From NCBI GenBank assembly GCA_964016885.1, contig OZ024740.1:15438001-15502000 (forward strand): a stretch of 64,000 nt of DNA. The letters run 5' to 3'. The notes beneath the pieces are model-generated. The model did no database searches and had not been told where the DNA came from. It saw nothing but the letters and a program-made list of their open reading frames with translations. The position numbers and the translations under genes were made by a program. This DNA is from Eledone cirrhosa. Lineage: Eukaryota. Shown here one piece after another: positions 43,601-55,908 of the stretch. How positions within the stretch are numbered: position 1 is the first letter of the stretch; every line of letters begins with the position of its first letter.

Positions 43601-44072
43601 TCGGGACATGCTCCCACATAGTCCCAACGTGCATCTAGGATTCCATTCCAGTCCCCCACTAACAGCAGGGAGCGGGACGTTCCCTGAAAAGTCTCTAGAC
43701 GTTTGAAGAAGTCTGGCCGCAGTGCCCCGGATGGGGTATAGCGGCCACCAGCCTGAAGGCTCCACCTTCACTACTGTCAACGTCTAGGACCACCAGTCGA
43801 CCCTCCGGGTCCAGATGTACCGTCTGTGTTACGAGGTCCAGGTGTTTCCGCAGCAAAACGGCAACCCCACCCCCACCTCCCGGCTGACAGAGAGATGCGT
43901 AGATCTCAAAGTCGTCGAAGATGGTGGCCAGTTGTCGCTCGCTGTGGATCCTGGACTCGCAAATGGCTACTACATCCATACTGTGCGACCTGAGGTCATT
44001 TAAGTGTTTGCCCTGTTTCCAGGGCATCCCCAGGCCGCGTACATTCACACATCCAACTCTTATATTGGCCAT
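40672..44072 (-). pseudogene. Copy B ORF2, disrupted
   Basis: GCVNVRGL, NFRPITLLN, LDQSKAFDRV, IRQGCPLS, AYADD. Confidence 0.9.
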
Positions 44073-44112
44073 GTTGGTGCTGAAAAGTTAAAAGAAGAGG
44101 AAAAGTAATCAC

Positions 44113-46107
44113 TCACCTCTTCGTCTCCTGGGGACCAGGCTGAACAATTTATATGGGGGTGTTGGAGGGGTTGTTTGGTGGGGTGGTGGCCTCTGGAGGG
44201 GTGGGGACAGAGATGTTTGGTGGGGAGGGGGTGTCTGGTGGGATGGGGGTGGTGGTGGGGAAACATTTTAACAGGACCCGATTGTAGGGTTTGACGTTGG
44301 GGTTACTTACGTCGTTAGGAAATTTTTCTTTTAACTGTTTATGTGTGTCCATGGAGGTCCTAATCATTTTAAGATTAGGAATTCTCCGAAGAGTGTGTAA
44401 AAGTTTTCCCTTCGTTCTCCACCGAAGGGTTTTTATATATGGTGTCTGTTAAAGTTTTATTGTTAGTATTTATGTAGGTGTAACATTTTTGTTGTGTTGG
44501 GTTGCTTTTTGTCTGTGGTTCTTGTGTGTGTTTACGTTTTGTAGTAGGTGTTTTGTTTTCAGGAGGAGTTGTTTTTGTTTGTGCTGTTTGCGTCGCTTGT
44601 GTTGGTGTTTGTGTGTTTGTTACATTTTTGTTTGTGTTATGTCTTTTCTTTTTTCTTTTTACTGGTCGGAAATGCTCTCCCTCATCGTCACTGGGTGACG
44701 ATGATGAGGCCTCATCCGTGTTGTTGGGGGAGGGGTACATTTTGGGGAGCTGTTATGTGTGTGGGTGTTTCTGGAGTTGTTTTAGGTGGGACTGTGTTTG
44801 TCGTTTGCTTTGTTGTCACTATTTTTTTTTATGTTGTTGTTGTGGTGATGGTGATTGCTGTGCTGGTGTTGCAGGTGTTGGCAGTAGTGACTTTTTTGGC
44901 TAGTTAGCCGAGGACAGGAAGCTCTCAGGTGACCCCAGCTTAAGCAGTGGTAACATGAGGGCCGCCTACCCTCGACCGAAATGTTTATGTATATAAGCCC
45001 ATCCAGCAACACACGTTCCGGGATACTAGCTATTCGTTCTGGTGTCATTTGGACCAGAACTTCCAGGCTAGTTCCGCTGAACTGGTCGCTGAAGGACTTA
45101 CCTACCGATATTATATAGTCTGTTTCGAGGTTTAAAAATCTACATAGTACCCACCAAATATCAATATTTGGTGTGATACTTTGGATTTTTATTTGCTGTG
45201 TTCTTTTCCCCATGTAAGTGGGGAAAAGGGTGAACAGCGGTGACACGATTGGCGACACAAAATATTTCTGTGCCGTCAATTGGTCTTTCATTAGAATGGA
45301 TAAACTCCCGTAGAGTCTACCCTTCTGAATAAAAGCAATGTCTTTTAAGGCATTTTTTAAAGCCAACTCAATTTCGCCTTGTGAAAGTCGGTTTTCGTGT
45401 TTTGTTTGAGATTGTCCTGAAAATCACAGTTTTCAAGGCAGCTTCTCTTCGCAAATCTGGGGGAGAGTTTATGGAGGATGATCCGGTCTCCCCAAAAGTT
45501 ACATATTGCTGGCGTTATTCAAAAGCTCATTTGCATTCGAAATATCTACCGGAGTGTAGCTTACCGTTTTCTTTACGGTTTGCGCAAACGATATTTTGTC
45601 GTTTACTTCCTTGTTGCAGTTATTGGTCTTGTTGTTGTTATTATTATTCTTATTGTTGATGTTGTTTTCGTTTTTTCCGTTGTTGGTGTTGTTGTTGTTG
45701 TTGGTTGTGGTTTTGTTGTCGTTGTTGTTCTTCTGGTTCTCGTTGTCACTGTTGTTGTTGATGGCGTTGTTTTGGTTTGTGCCATTCACAGTTTTCGTGT
45801 TGGTGGTGCTGGTGTTGTTGTCAGGGTGTGTTTTAAACATATCGAAGTGTTTCAACGAGGTGGTGCCAGCTGCTTCTTGGCTTGACAGTTTTACCATCCC
45901 TCCACCACCTCTGTCTAATTGTTGGTTGACAGATTTGATGTTGTTGTTGTTTTTGTTGCTGTTGTTGTTACTGTTGTTGTTGTTGGTGATAGCAGCAGGC
46001 AGACAGCCTTCACCTGCTACTAGTGCTGTGGAAGGTGAGATTAACAGCCCATCTCCACAATTCTCTGATGTGTTTTTCGTGAAGATGAGGTCAAAGAATT
46101 TGGCCAT
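44113..46107 (-). pseudogene. Copy B ORF1, disrupted
   Basis: SFAQTV, FPTYMGKRTQ, EGRRPSCYHCLSWGHLRASC. Confidence 0.8.
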
Positions 46108-46543
46108 TTTGGCTATATTCAAAATTCCGGTAGAAACTTTATGGGATTTCTCCGTTTTTAGCCCTGATGGGGTTATTATTTGGGGTTGCTACCACCTACA
46201 CAGTGTAGTGTGGCAGCTTATCTATAAAATGGTGTAAGAATGTAGATTCAGTTCATGCAATCCGAGATAGATAGATAGATAATTTTCTTTTTATTTGCCA
46301 CCAGGGCATCAAAAGGTGGGACAAGTACAATGGGAGGAGTTTACATAACAAGGCGTCCTCAATAAGGAGGAGGCAATAACAAAATATAAAAATAAAATAA
46401 AATATAACAAAATAAAATTTATAACAAAATCCTCAATAGAGAGGCGCCTTGGGGGGTCGCACACACCCCCGAAAAAAAGTGTGCAACCCTCCTCCTCAGG
46501 AGCACAGAGAGGGGGTGCTCCCTTGGTCTTTCATCTTCCTCAC

Positions 46544-49500
46544 CTATAGTCTGATGTAGAGTGAAGGCCCATTCACACGGGCCATTCTCGCCTCTTTCAC
46601 CCATCTTTCATAGAAACGGCTGGGGTGCAGCACCTCTCTCTCCATCCTGATCCTTCTTCCGAAATGATATCGGAAGAAACGGACCAGTTGTTGGCCAGAG
46701 AGAAATATGTCTGACCTCAGTCCTTTCAGACGCGTCCACCATACAACCTCTTTCGCCATGGCTATTACACACAGAAACACCGCCTCTCCTTCGTTTTTGA
46801 AGAGGGGAGGCGGCTTGATCGTTACAATAGACTCGGTGGTCAACCGGATCGGTCCCACCCTTGACAGCAGTTGTTCGACATAGCCCCATAGATCAGCAAT
46901 GCCCGAGCAGTGTACCAATGCGTGTGCAACGGTTTCCTCGTCGCACACGCATCTGGGACAGATCTTTTTCGAGGGGTCCCTACCCGGGCGCCCGTGTCTG
47001 TAGAGCCTTTATCGAACGGACAGAGCCCTTCTGTAGCACTGCCAGGCCAGGAACCTCTGGAAGTTATCCATGGGTCCCGGGCTCAATGTCCTACCGAACA
47101 GGTTGGCCAGTTCGTCTTCCTCCATGCCTAGGGCTTCTCCGAGGGTGTCGTCGCACCTGCTAACCACCAGCACTCTATAGAATGACGAGGTGGATTCTCC
47201 ACTGACAGCCGGGTCCGCCTGCCAGAGAGCCGTGAGCGCCTGGGCACACTCGGTGTGCCAGGCGCCCAGTTTTCTCGGTCTTTGCTTGACCCAGGATTGC
47301 AGCTCGGTGAGTGAGACGAGTCTGAGAAAGGCTCGCCTCACAAACGGGGCCCACACCGGTTGACCGGTGAGGAATACCTGGAGGTGCCTTAGCCTTAATG
47401 CGTGTTTACGTATCATTAGCCACGGCATCCCCAGCCCTCTTTTCGAAGGGTGTTGACAGCAGATGGATCTCCTCACCATAGGAGCCAGCTTCTTCCAAAG
47501 GAATTGGAAGAGTGCGCGCTCCATTTTGGCGAGCGTTTCCCTTGGGCAAGGCACAACGGTCAGGCGGTAGTAGATGACGGACGCTATATAGGTGTTCGCC
47601 ACCTCCGCCCGACCTTTCAGGGACAGTTTGCACTCGGCCCACTTCTGGGTCAGTGCAAACACCCTGTTCGTTACCTCACCCCAGTTCTTCTCCACCTGGA
47701 GGTCTGGTCCGAACCAGAACCCGAGCAACTTCACCGGGCCCTCCGTCCAGCGCCCGACGACGCCATCGGAGGGCATCGATCTGCCCCTCCACGTGCCGAG
47801 TTGCAGACCGATCGACTTGTCCCGGTTCAGCTTAGCCCCTGTAAACCTTTCGTACTCCTCCAGTAAGGTGCCGATCGCCCCGATTTCCGAGGCCGTCGAC
47901 ACCATTACTGATATGTCGTCGGCGTAGGCCGACACCGCTTTCCGCAATCCCAGTTCCAACGGGATGCCCTGCAACAACTCCAACTTCCGCAGCAGTGGCT
48001 CTAGAGTCATTACATACAGAAGGGAGGAGAGAGGGCACCCTTGTCGGATGGACCGCGCGATTTCCAACGGCTCCGAGAGGTAGCCGTTCACCTTGACCCT
48101 AGAGCAGATGCGGCTGCTGTACATGGCATTGATCCAGCCCCTGAAAACGGGTCCGAAGCCTGCCGCCGCTAACACCGCATTCAGGTAACCATGGTCGACC
48201 CTATCGAACGCCTTAGATTGATCCAAGTTGATCAGGGCCCCACCAAAGCCGGGTTCGTTCCCAACCCTCTCTATGATGTATCGCATGAGGTGGAGGTTGT
48301 CGTGGATGGATCTGGACGGGATAGCACATGTCTGCGCATCTCCCACCAGGTTGGCAACGACAAGCGCCAACCTCTTCGCTAGCACCTTGGCCAAAATCTG
48401 TAACTCTGTATTTAGCAGAGTTATGGGCCTGAAATTATTTATATCGTCCCCTTTGTTCTCGTCCTTCCTCACTAGCGTAACTACGCCCTTGGTCACAGCA
48501 CAGGGAATTCTCCCGTTCTGTTGCAAGTTGCAGTAGACCGCCTCGAGGAGTTCGGGGAACAAGTCCGGCATAGCTAGATATAGTTCGTATGGAAGACCAT
48601 CGAGACCCGGGAATTTGCGTTTGCCGCATTGGCTCAGCACGTCCTCTATCTCAGCGGCTGAAATTGGCTCCTCGCAGGACTTCGCCTCCCTGTCCGAGAG
48701 ACGCGGCAGGCCATCGAGGTATGGACCGAAGTCCATTTCCCCAACCGGCTCCCCGCCCCTTCCGAACAATCTGGGAAAGTGCTTTTGAAAAGCCTCGCAC
48801 ATCTGCTTAGGTTCAAGGATCACCCGTCCATCCTGGTCTCGCAAAGACCGGATAGTGGATCTACTCCCTCTTTTGGCTTCTGTCACGCGGGCCCAGCTAA
48901 CAGCTTTGGTTCCCTCGTTTCCCAGAGCACGTATTTTGCTTCGGACGATGCAGCCTTCGTGTTTCGCGTCGAAGAACTGGCCCAGGGCCGTTCTCGACGC
49001 TAGCACTCTGGCCACGTCGCCGCTTCTAATTGCCTCTTCTACACTATCTACCAACTCCCTTTCCTTCCTATTTCTATTTGAGGCTAACTCCTTACTAAAT
49101 TCTATAGAGACTACTCTAATCTCTCTTTTGAGAGATCCCCACCACCTGCTGTTGACGATGGCGCCCGTCAACCGCTCCTTAACTAAAGTGCTAATCCGGT
49201 CCCTGTAAGCCTTATTTGCCGGTAAGAACAAGTTGATCTTCCAGTAACCGGGTCCCTGTCTATGCGCTCTGTCAAGGTTGACCATGCAGGTCACTAACTT
49301 GTGGTCTGAATGGCCAACCATGCGCATTTTTGGACAACTCAAAAAGTCCTTATCCTTAATTCTAACTAAGAACCTATCTAGGTACGACCTAGATGATCCG
49401 CTACGATTTGCCCAGGTCCAGGTTGGCGCAGTCGGAAAATTTTGTCGATATCTATCGGCCAGGTCAAATCGACCGATTAACCCTTTGAGGCTATTACACC

Positions 49501-49981
49501 CCTCTCTATCGGGACAGGCCCCTACGTAGTCCCAGCGTGCATCTAGGATACCATTCCAGTCCCCCACTAATAGCAAGGAGCCGGACGTCCCTAGAAAAGT
49601 CTCCAGACGATGGAAGAAGTCCGGCCGCATTGACCCGAAAAGGCCGTAGGCGGCTACCAACCTAAACGTTCCGCCTTCACCACTGCCAAGGTCCAGAACC
49701 ACTAGTCGACCCTCCGGGTCCAAATGTACTATCTGTTTTGCGAGACCCAGATGTTTTTGCAGCAGAACGACAACCCCACCCCCACCTCCGGGCTGACAGA
49801 GAGATGCGTGCATTTCAAAGTCATCAAAGGTGGGGGCCAGCTGTCGCACGTTGCTGATCCGGGCCTCGCAAATAACCATCACATCTATACGTTGTGACCT
49901 GAGGTCATTTAGAAGCATTGCTTGCTTCCAAGTTGAGCCCAGGCCACGCGCATTTAGACACCCTACTCTTAGCATTGCCAT
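46544..49981 (-). pseudogene. Copy C ORF2: APE endonuclease, RT and C-terminal CCHC; single in-frame TAA at 47009-47011
   Basis: 998-aa ORF continues in the same frame into CPRCVCDEETVAHALVHC and 46544-46948. Confidence 0.93.
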
Positions 49982-50005
49982 GTTGGTGGTGAAGAGAAAA
50001 GGCAC

Positions 50006-51952
50006 TTACCCCTCTGCGTCCCGGGTATCGGGCTGCACAATTTCCATGAGGGTGGGGGATGGGTTGTTGGGTGGGTGGTGGTTTCTGGCGGGGTGGGGAC
50101 GGAGGTCTTTGGTGGAGAAGGGGTGTCTGGTGGGGTGGGGATGACTTGGGTGGAGGTGCCTGTGGTGGGGAGGCCTTTGTAGAGGACGCGGTTGATTGGT
50201 TTCACGCAGGAATTCCTCACGTCCTCTACAAATGTTTCTTTTAGGGATCTATAAGTTCCTATAGGGACCCTGATCAGTTTTAGGTTCATTTTTTTGTTTT
50301 TGTTGGAGCTATCCAAAGTTTTCCCTTCGGTTTTGACCAAAGGGTTGTTTCTGATGGTCTCCATCAGTGTTCTATTTTCTTCGTTTATGTAAGTGTATGT
50401 GTACTTTTCCTGTGTTGTGTTTGTTTTTGTTTGTGGTTCCTGCACGTGTTTTCTCTTTGTTGTGGGTGTTTTGTTTTCGGGAGGGGGAACTTTTGTTTGT
50501 GATTTTTGTGCTGTTTGTGCTGGTGTTTGTGTGTTTGTTTAGTTTTTGTTCATGCGGTTCTTTCTTTTTATTCTTTTCACGGGTTGGAAGGGTTCCTCCT
50601 CATCGCCGCTGGGTGCCGTCGATAGGGGTTCCTCATCCGTGTTGATGGGTAGGGGTATGTTTTGGGGTTCTGTAGTGTCTGTGTGTGTTTTTGTATTTGA
50701 TTTGGGTGGGGAGGAGTTGGGTGGAATATTGTTCTCTGTTGTTTTTTCTTGTTGTCGTGGTGGTGGTGGTGGTGGTGGTTGTGTTGTTATTTGTGGTGTT
50801 GGTAAAAGTGGAGTTTTTTTTGTCAATTGAGGACAGGCAGCCCTTAGGTGACCTCTGCTTGCGCAGTGGTAACATGCGGACCGCCTACCCTCAACCGAAA
50901 TGTTTATGTAGGTCTGTCCATCCAGAGGTACTCTCTGTGGGATTTTCATTATACGTTCTGGGCTCATCTGCACCAGAATTTCGATGCTAGTCCCACTAAA
51001 TATATCTCTGGAGGATTTTCCTACTGAGATCAGTGTCTTGTTCAAGGTCAATTAGGCCATAAAGTATCCACCAAATATCTACTTTGGGTCTTATACATGT
51101 AATTTTTATTTTTGCGTTCTTTTTCCCATGTATGTAGGGAAAAATGTAAAATGGGTGGACACAATGGGCGCGATGGAATATCTTTGTGCTGTTATGTTGT
51201 TTTTCATTAGCACCGAGATGCTGCCGAAAAGTTTGGCTTTCTGAATAAATAAAATGTTATCCATGTGGTTCCTTAATACTAGCTCAATCTCACTCTGAGA
51301 TAGTTGAGCTGGTTTTTTTATGCATTTAAAATTGTCCTGAAAACCACCGTGTTCAGGGCATTTTCTCTCCTTAGTTCTTGTGGTGAATTTATGCTAAATG
51401 ACCCATTGGGTCCAAAAGTCACATATTGTTTAGCATCTTCCAACTTTTGTTTCGCGTTGGTTAAATCCAAAAGTTGAAATATTTCCGTTTTTTTTACGGT
51501 ATCAGCAAAAGAAATTTTGCTGTTGTTGTCACTGTTGTTTGTATTTTCTTTGGTGTTTGTGTTGACATTTTTTTCCTTTTGATTGGTATTGTTGGATGTG
51601 TTTTCAATTTTTTCATTTTCTGTATTTTTTGGTGTCTGTTGTGGGCTGTTATTTTCATTTTTTGTTGTGTGAAATTCCCTTTCTTTACGAAAGGAAGTGT
51701 TTACTACATATGTGACGTTTGTGTTGTTGTTGTTTTTGTTGTCTTTATTGTTGCTGTTGTTGTCGTTGTTGTTGTTGTTTTCAGTTTCTTGTATAGTTGT
51801 GGCTACATCAAGTTGTCGGTCAGCGGGTGGAGAAATTCTTCCCCTGGCTGACCTCTGCCTTTGGCATCTGCTGCTGTGACAGTGGCAGGGGGAAGCTGTG
51901 AGTATGACTTCCCTTTTCTTCCTTTGAATGTTGGTGAAGATGCTTCAGCCAT
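50006..51952 (-). pseudogene. Copy C ORF1, disrupted
   Basis: EGRRSACYHCASRGHLRAAC; ends MEIVQPDTRDAEG*. Confidence 0.8.
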
Positions 51953-52420
51953 TTTTATCAAAATAGGATTTTTCGAAAGTTAAATTTTTACAACACTATT
52001 TCGCCTAAAGGCGTAGAATATTTTGAGAGACTGACCAGATCAAAATTTGACCTGGCAGTCCCTCTACAAAATGGTACGAAAATGAACGTTTACAGTTCAC
52101 AATTTCCAGATAAATTTAAACGAAACTTACCGAGCGAGCTCAGCACATGTGTCCATCGTAAACGATATAGATACATAGATAGATAGATTTCTTTATTAGC
52201 CACAGGGGCGCAACAAGAAAAGGGGACAATACAAAGACATGCCGGGGATTTTACATACAGTCGTGTAAAAAATATAAAAACAAACAATATCAACAATCGA
52301 AATCCCCAATGGGGGGAGGCGCCACAAATGGGTTGTTTAATACCCCGACAATAGAACAACCCTCAACTCCAGGAGCGTGTTGTGCAAGTGCTCCTTCTTC
52401 CTTTTGCTCTCTTCTTTAAC

Positions 52421-55400
52421 CTACAGGCTTATAAACAGAGAAGGCCCAATAACTCGGGCCATTTTCACTTCATTCATTCACCTTTCAGTAAATTTACTGG
52501 GGTGCAGTGCCTCTCTCTCCACCCTGATTCTCCTTCTAAAGTGATACTTAAAGAAGGGAATCAATTGTTGTCCGGAGAGAAAGGCATCTGTCCTCAGTCC
52601 TCTCAACCTCGTCCACCATATAACTTCTTTGACCATAGCCACCGTACAGAGGAAAACCGCCTCTCTTTCGTTTTTGAAAGAGTCTGGCGGTTTGATCCTT
52701 ACTATGGACTCGGCAGTCAACTGTATTTGTCCCATACGCGACAGCAGTTGTTCTGCATAGTTCCACAGGTCGCTTACGCCCGGGCAGTGTACAATTGCGT
52801 GTAGAACTGTTTCAATGTCCTGTGCACATCTTGGACACGTCCTCTTGGAAGGATCCCTGCCAGGGCGTCCGTGCCTGTAGATCTTGTCACGAACCGGTAG
52901 AGCTCCTCGGTAACACTGCCAAGGACCTCTGGAAGTTGTCCATAGGTCCCGGGCGGAAAGTCCTACCAAACAGACTGGTGAGCTCATCGTCTTCGACGCC
53001 CAGAGTCTCTCCGGGCACGTCGTCGCCCTTGTAACGTACAATCCCTCTATAGAATGTCGAAGTGGAGTCTCCACTGATTGCTGCGCCCGCTTGCCAGAGA
53101 ACTGTGAGCGCCTGAGCGCATTAAATGTGCTAGGCGCCCATCGTTTTCGGTCTTTTCTTCACCCAGGACTGCAGCTCCGTTAGCGAGACGAGCTGTGGAA
53201 AAGCCTGTCTCATAAACGGTGCCCACACCGGTTGGGGGTCGGTGAGGAATACCTGGAGATGCCGCAGCCTCAGTGCATGTTTGCGCATCATCACCCACGG
53301 CATTCCCAGCCCTCCGTTGGAAGGGTGCTGACGGATCTCCTCACGGATCTCCTCACCAGCGGAGCCTGCTTCTTCCACAGAAACTGGAAGAGCATGCGTT
53401 CCATCTTGGTGAGGTGTTCACGGGGACAAGGCACGGCAGTCAAGCGGTAGTAGATGACGGACGCTATGAAAGTGTTCGCCACCTCCGCTCGACCTTTCAA
53501 AGAGAGTTTGCACTCTGCCCACTTCTGAGTGAGTGCAAACACCTTGGCCGTGACCTCGTTCCAGTTTTTCTCCACCTGGAGGTCTGGACCGAACCAGACC
53601 CCGAGCAATTTCACCGGTCCATCCGTCCAGCGTCCAACGACGCTGTCGGATGTCATCGGTTTGCCTCTCCACGTACCGAGTTGCAACCCGACAGACTTGT
53701 CTGGGTTTAGTTTTGCTCCCGTCAGCGTTTCGTATTCTTTCAGTAAGTTGCCGATCACCCCGATTTCCGAGTTGTTCGACACCATTACCGTCACGTCGTC
53801 GGCATAAGCCGACGCCGCTTTGCGCAGTCCCGGTTCTAGAGGGATGCCCTGCAACAGCTCCAATTTCCGCAGTAGTGGCTCTAGAGTCAATACATACAGA
53901 ATGGAGGAGAGAAGGCACCCCTGTCGAATGGAACGCGTGATTGTGAACGGCTCCGTTAAGTAGCCGTTCACCTTGACCCTCGAGCAGATGCTGGTGTGCA
54001 TCGCCTCGATCCATCCTCTGAACACGGGACCGAAACCGGCCGCCTTGAGAACCGCTTCCAAGTATCGATGGTCGACCCTATCGAATGCCTTAGACTGATC
54101 CAAGTTGATCAGAGCCTCACCGAAGCCGGGTTTACTACCCACCCTCTCTATGATGTATCGCATGAGGTGGAGGTTGTCGTGTATGGACCTGGTCGGGATT
54201 GCACACGTTTGCACTTTCCCTACCAGGTTCTCGACGACAAGCGCCAACCTCGTCGCTAGCACCTTGGCCAAAATCTTTAACTCTGTGTTGAGCAGAGTTA
54301 TGGGCCTGAAGTTGTTAATTTCGTCCCCCTTGTTCTCGTCTTTCCTGATCAGCGTTACTACGCCCTTGCCTGCAGAACTGGGAATTCTCCCGTTCTGCTG
54401 CCAATTGCAGTAGACGGCTTCGAGGACGCCAGAGAACAAGTCCGGCATGCCTATGTGAAATTCGTAGGGTAGACCATCGAGACCGGGGGACTTGCGTTTC
54501 CCGCAGCGGCCCAGAGCGTCCCGTATCTCAGTGTCCGTGATCGGTCTTTCGCAGAACTCGGCGTCCGTGTTCGAGAGACGCGGCAGGCCGTCGAGGTATG
54601 AACTAAAGTCCATTGCCCCGTTCGGCTCACCGTCGTTCTGCTCAAACAGTCGCGCAAAGTGCCGCTGAAAGATCGCGCACATTTGCTTGGGGTCAAGTAG
54701 CACGCGTCCGTTTTGGTCTTTCAAAGACCGAATCGTGGACTTGTTGCCACTTTTTGCCTCCGCCACTTGGGCCCAGCTGACAGCTTTCACTCCTTCGTTT
54801 CCTAGAGCACGTGTTTTGCTTCTGACCACGCAGCCTTCGTGTTTCGCATCGAAGAACTGGTCCAGTGCCCTTCTCGACGCTAACACTCTAGCTGCGTTGC
54901 CACTTCTAAGTGCCTCCTCTACCTTGTCTACTAGTTCTCTTTCTATTCTGTTTTTTTCTAAGGCTAACTCTCTGCTATACCCTATCGATTCTATTCTAAT
55001 TGCTTTCTAGAGAGAGTACCACCATCTATTGTTGACGATGGCTCCCGTTAACTGTTGCTTGACTAGTCTACTTATTCGTTCACTGTAAGCTTTACGTGCC
55101 GGCAACGACACGTTCAGCTTCCAGTATCCGGGACCCTGTCTATGTGTTCTATCACGGTTGACTAAGCAGACGACTAACTTGTGATCTGAATAGGCAACCA
55201 TGTGCATTCGTGGACAGCTTAACATCTCCTTGTCCCTTTCTCTAATGAAGAACCTATCTAAATACGATCTAGATGTCCCACTGCGGTTTACCCACGTCCA
55301 CTGTGGTGCTGTCGGGAAATCCAGTCGATACCTATCGGCCAGTTGGAATTGGCCGATTAAAGTTTTGAGGCTGTTGCACCCCGCTCTACTGGGACATGCT

Positions 55401-55867
55401 CCCACATAGTCCCATCGTGCATCTAGGATACTATTCCAGTCCCCCACTAAAAGTAAGGAGCAAAACGTTCCCAGAAAAGACTCTAGACGCTTAAAGAAGT
55501 CTGGACGTGATTGCGATTGCCCGGTCGGGGCCTAAACGGCCACCAGTCTGAAGGCTCCACCTCCGATACTGTTCACGTATAGGACTACCAGTCTACCCTC
55601 CGGGTCCAAGTCTACTTGCTGTACTCCGACGTCCAGGTTCTTCCGAAACATAACAGCCACTCCACCTCCACCTCCTGGCTGACAGAGAGATGCGTAGATC
55701 TCAAAGTCGTCGAAGATGGGGGTTAGTTGCTGCCCGTTGTGGATCCTGGACTCGGTGATGGCTATCACATCCATACTGTGTGACCTAAGGTCGTTTAAAA
55801 GTTGGCCCTGTTTCCAGGGCATCCCTAGGCCACGCACATTCACGGTTCCAACTCGTAAACCAGCCAT
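52421..55867 (-). pseudogene. Copy D ORF2, disrupted
   Basis: GTVNVRGL, GDWN, KSPGLDGL, NFRPITLLN, AYADD, CPRC..H..HC. Confidence 0.9.
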
Positions 55868-55908
55868 GTTGGTGAAGAAAAGTTGGAGAAAAAGGACGAA
55901 AGGTGCAC

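Larger units (their letters stand above)
40445..46263 (-). mobile_element. L1/Tx1-clade copy B (subfamily 2), slightly 5'-truncated
   Basis: Same architecture as copy A with divergent ORF1 and UTRs. Confidence 0.92.
46282..52163 (-). mobile_element. L1/Tx1-clade copy C (subfamily 3), full length
   Basis: Best-preserved ORF2; distinct UTRs. Confidence 0.92.

Noticed and set aside
44080-44116. 37 nt GT-AG micro-intron that would fuse ORF1 and ORF2 in frame in copy B
   Set aside because: Too short for a typical metazoan intron, and the AG is absent in copies A, C and D
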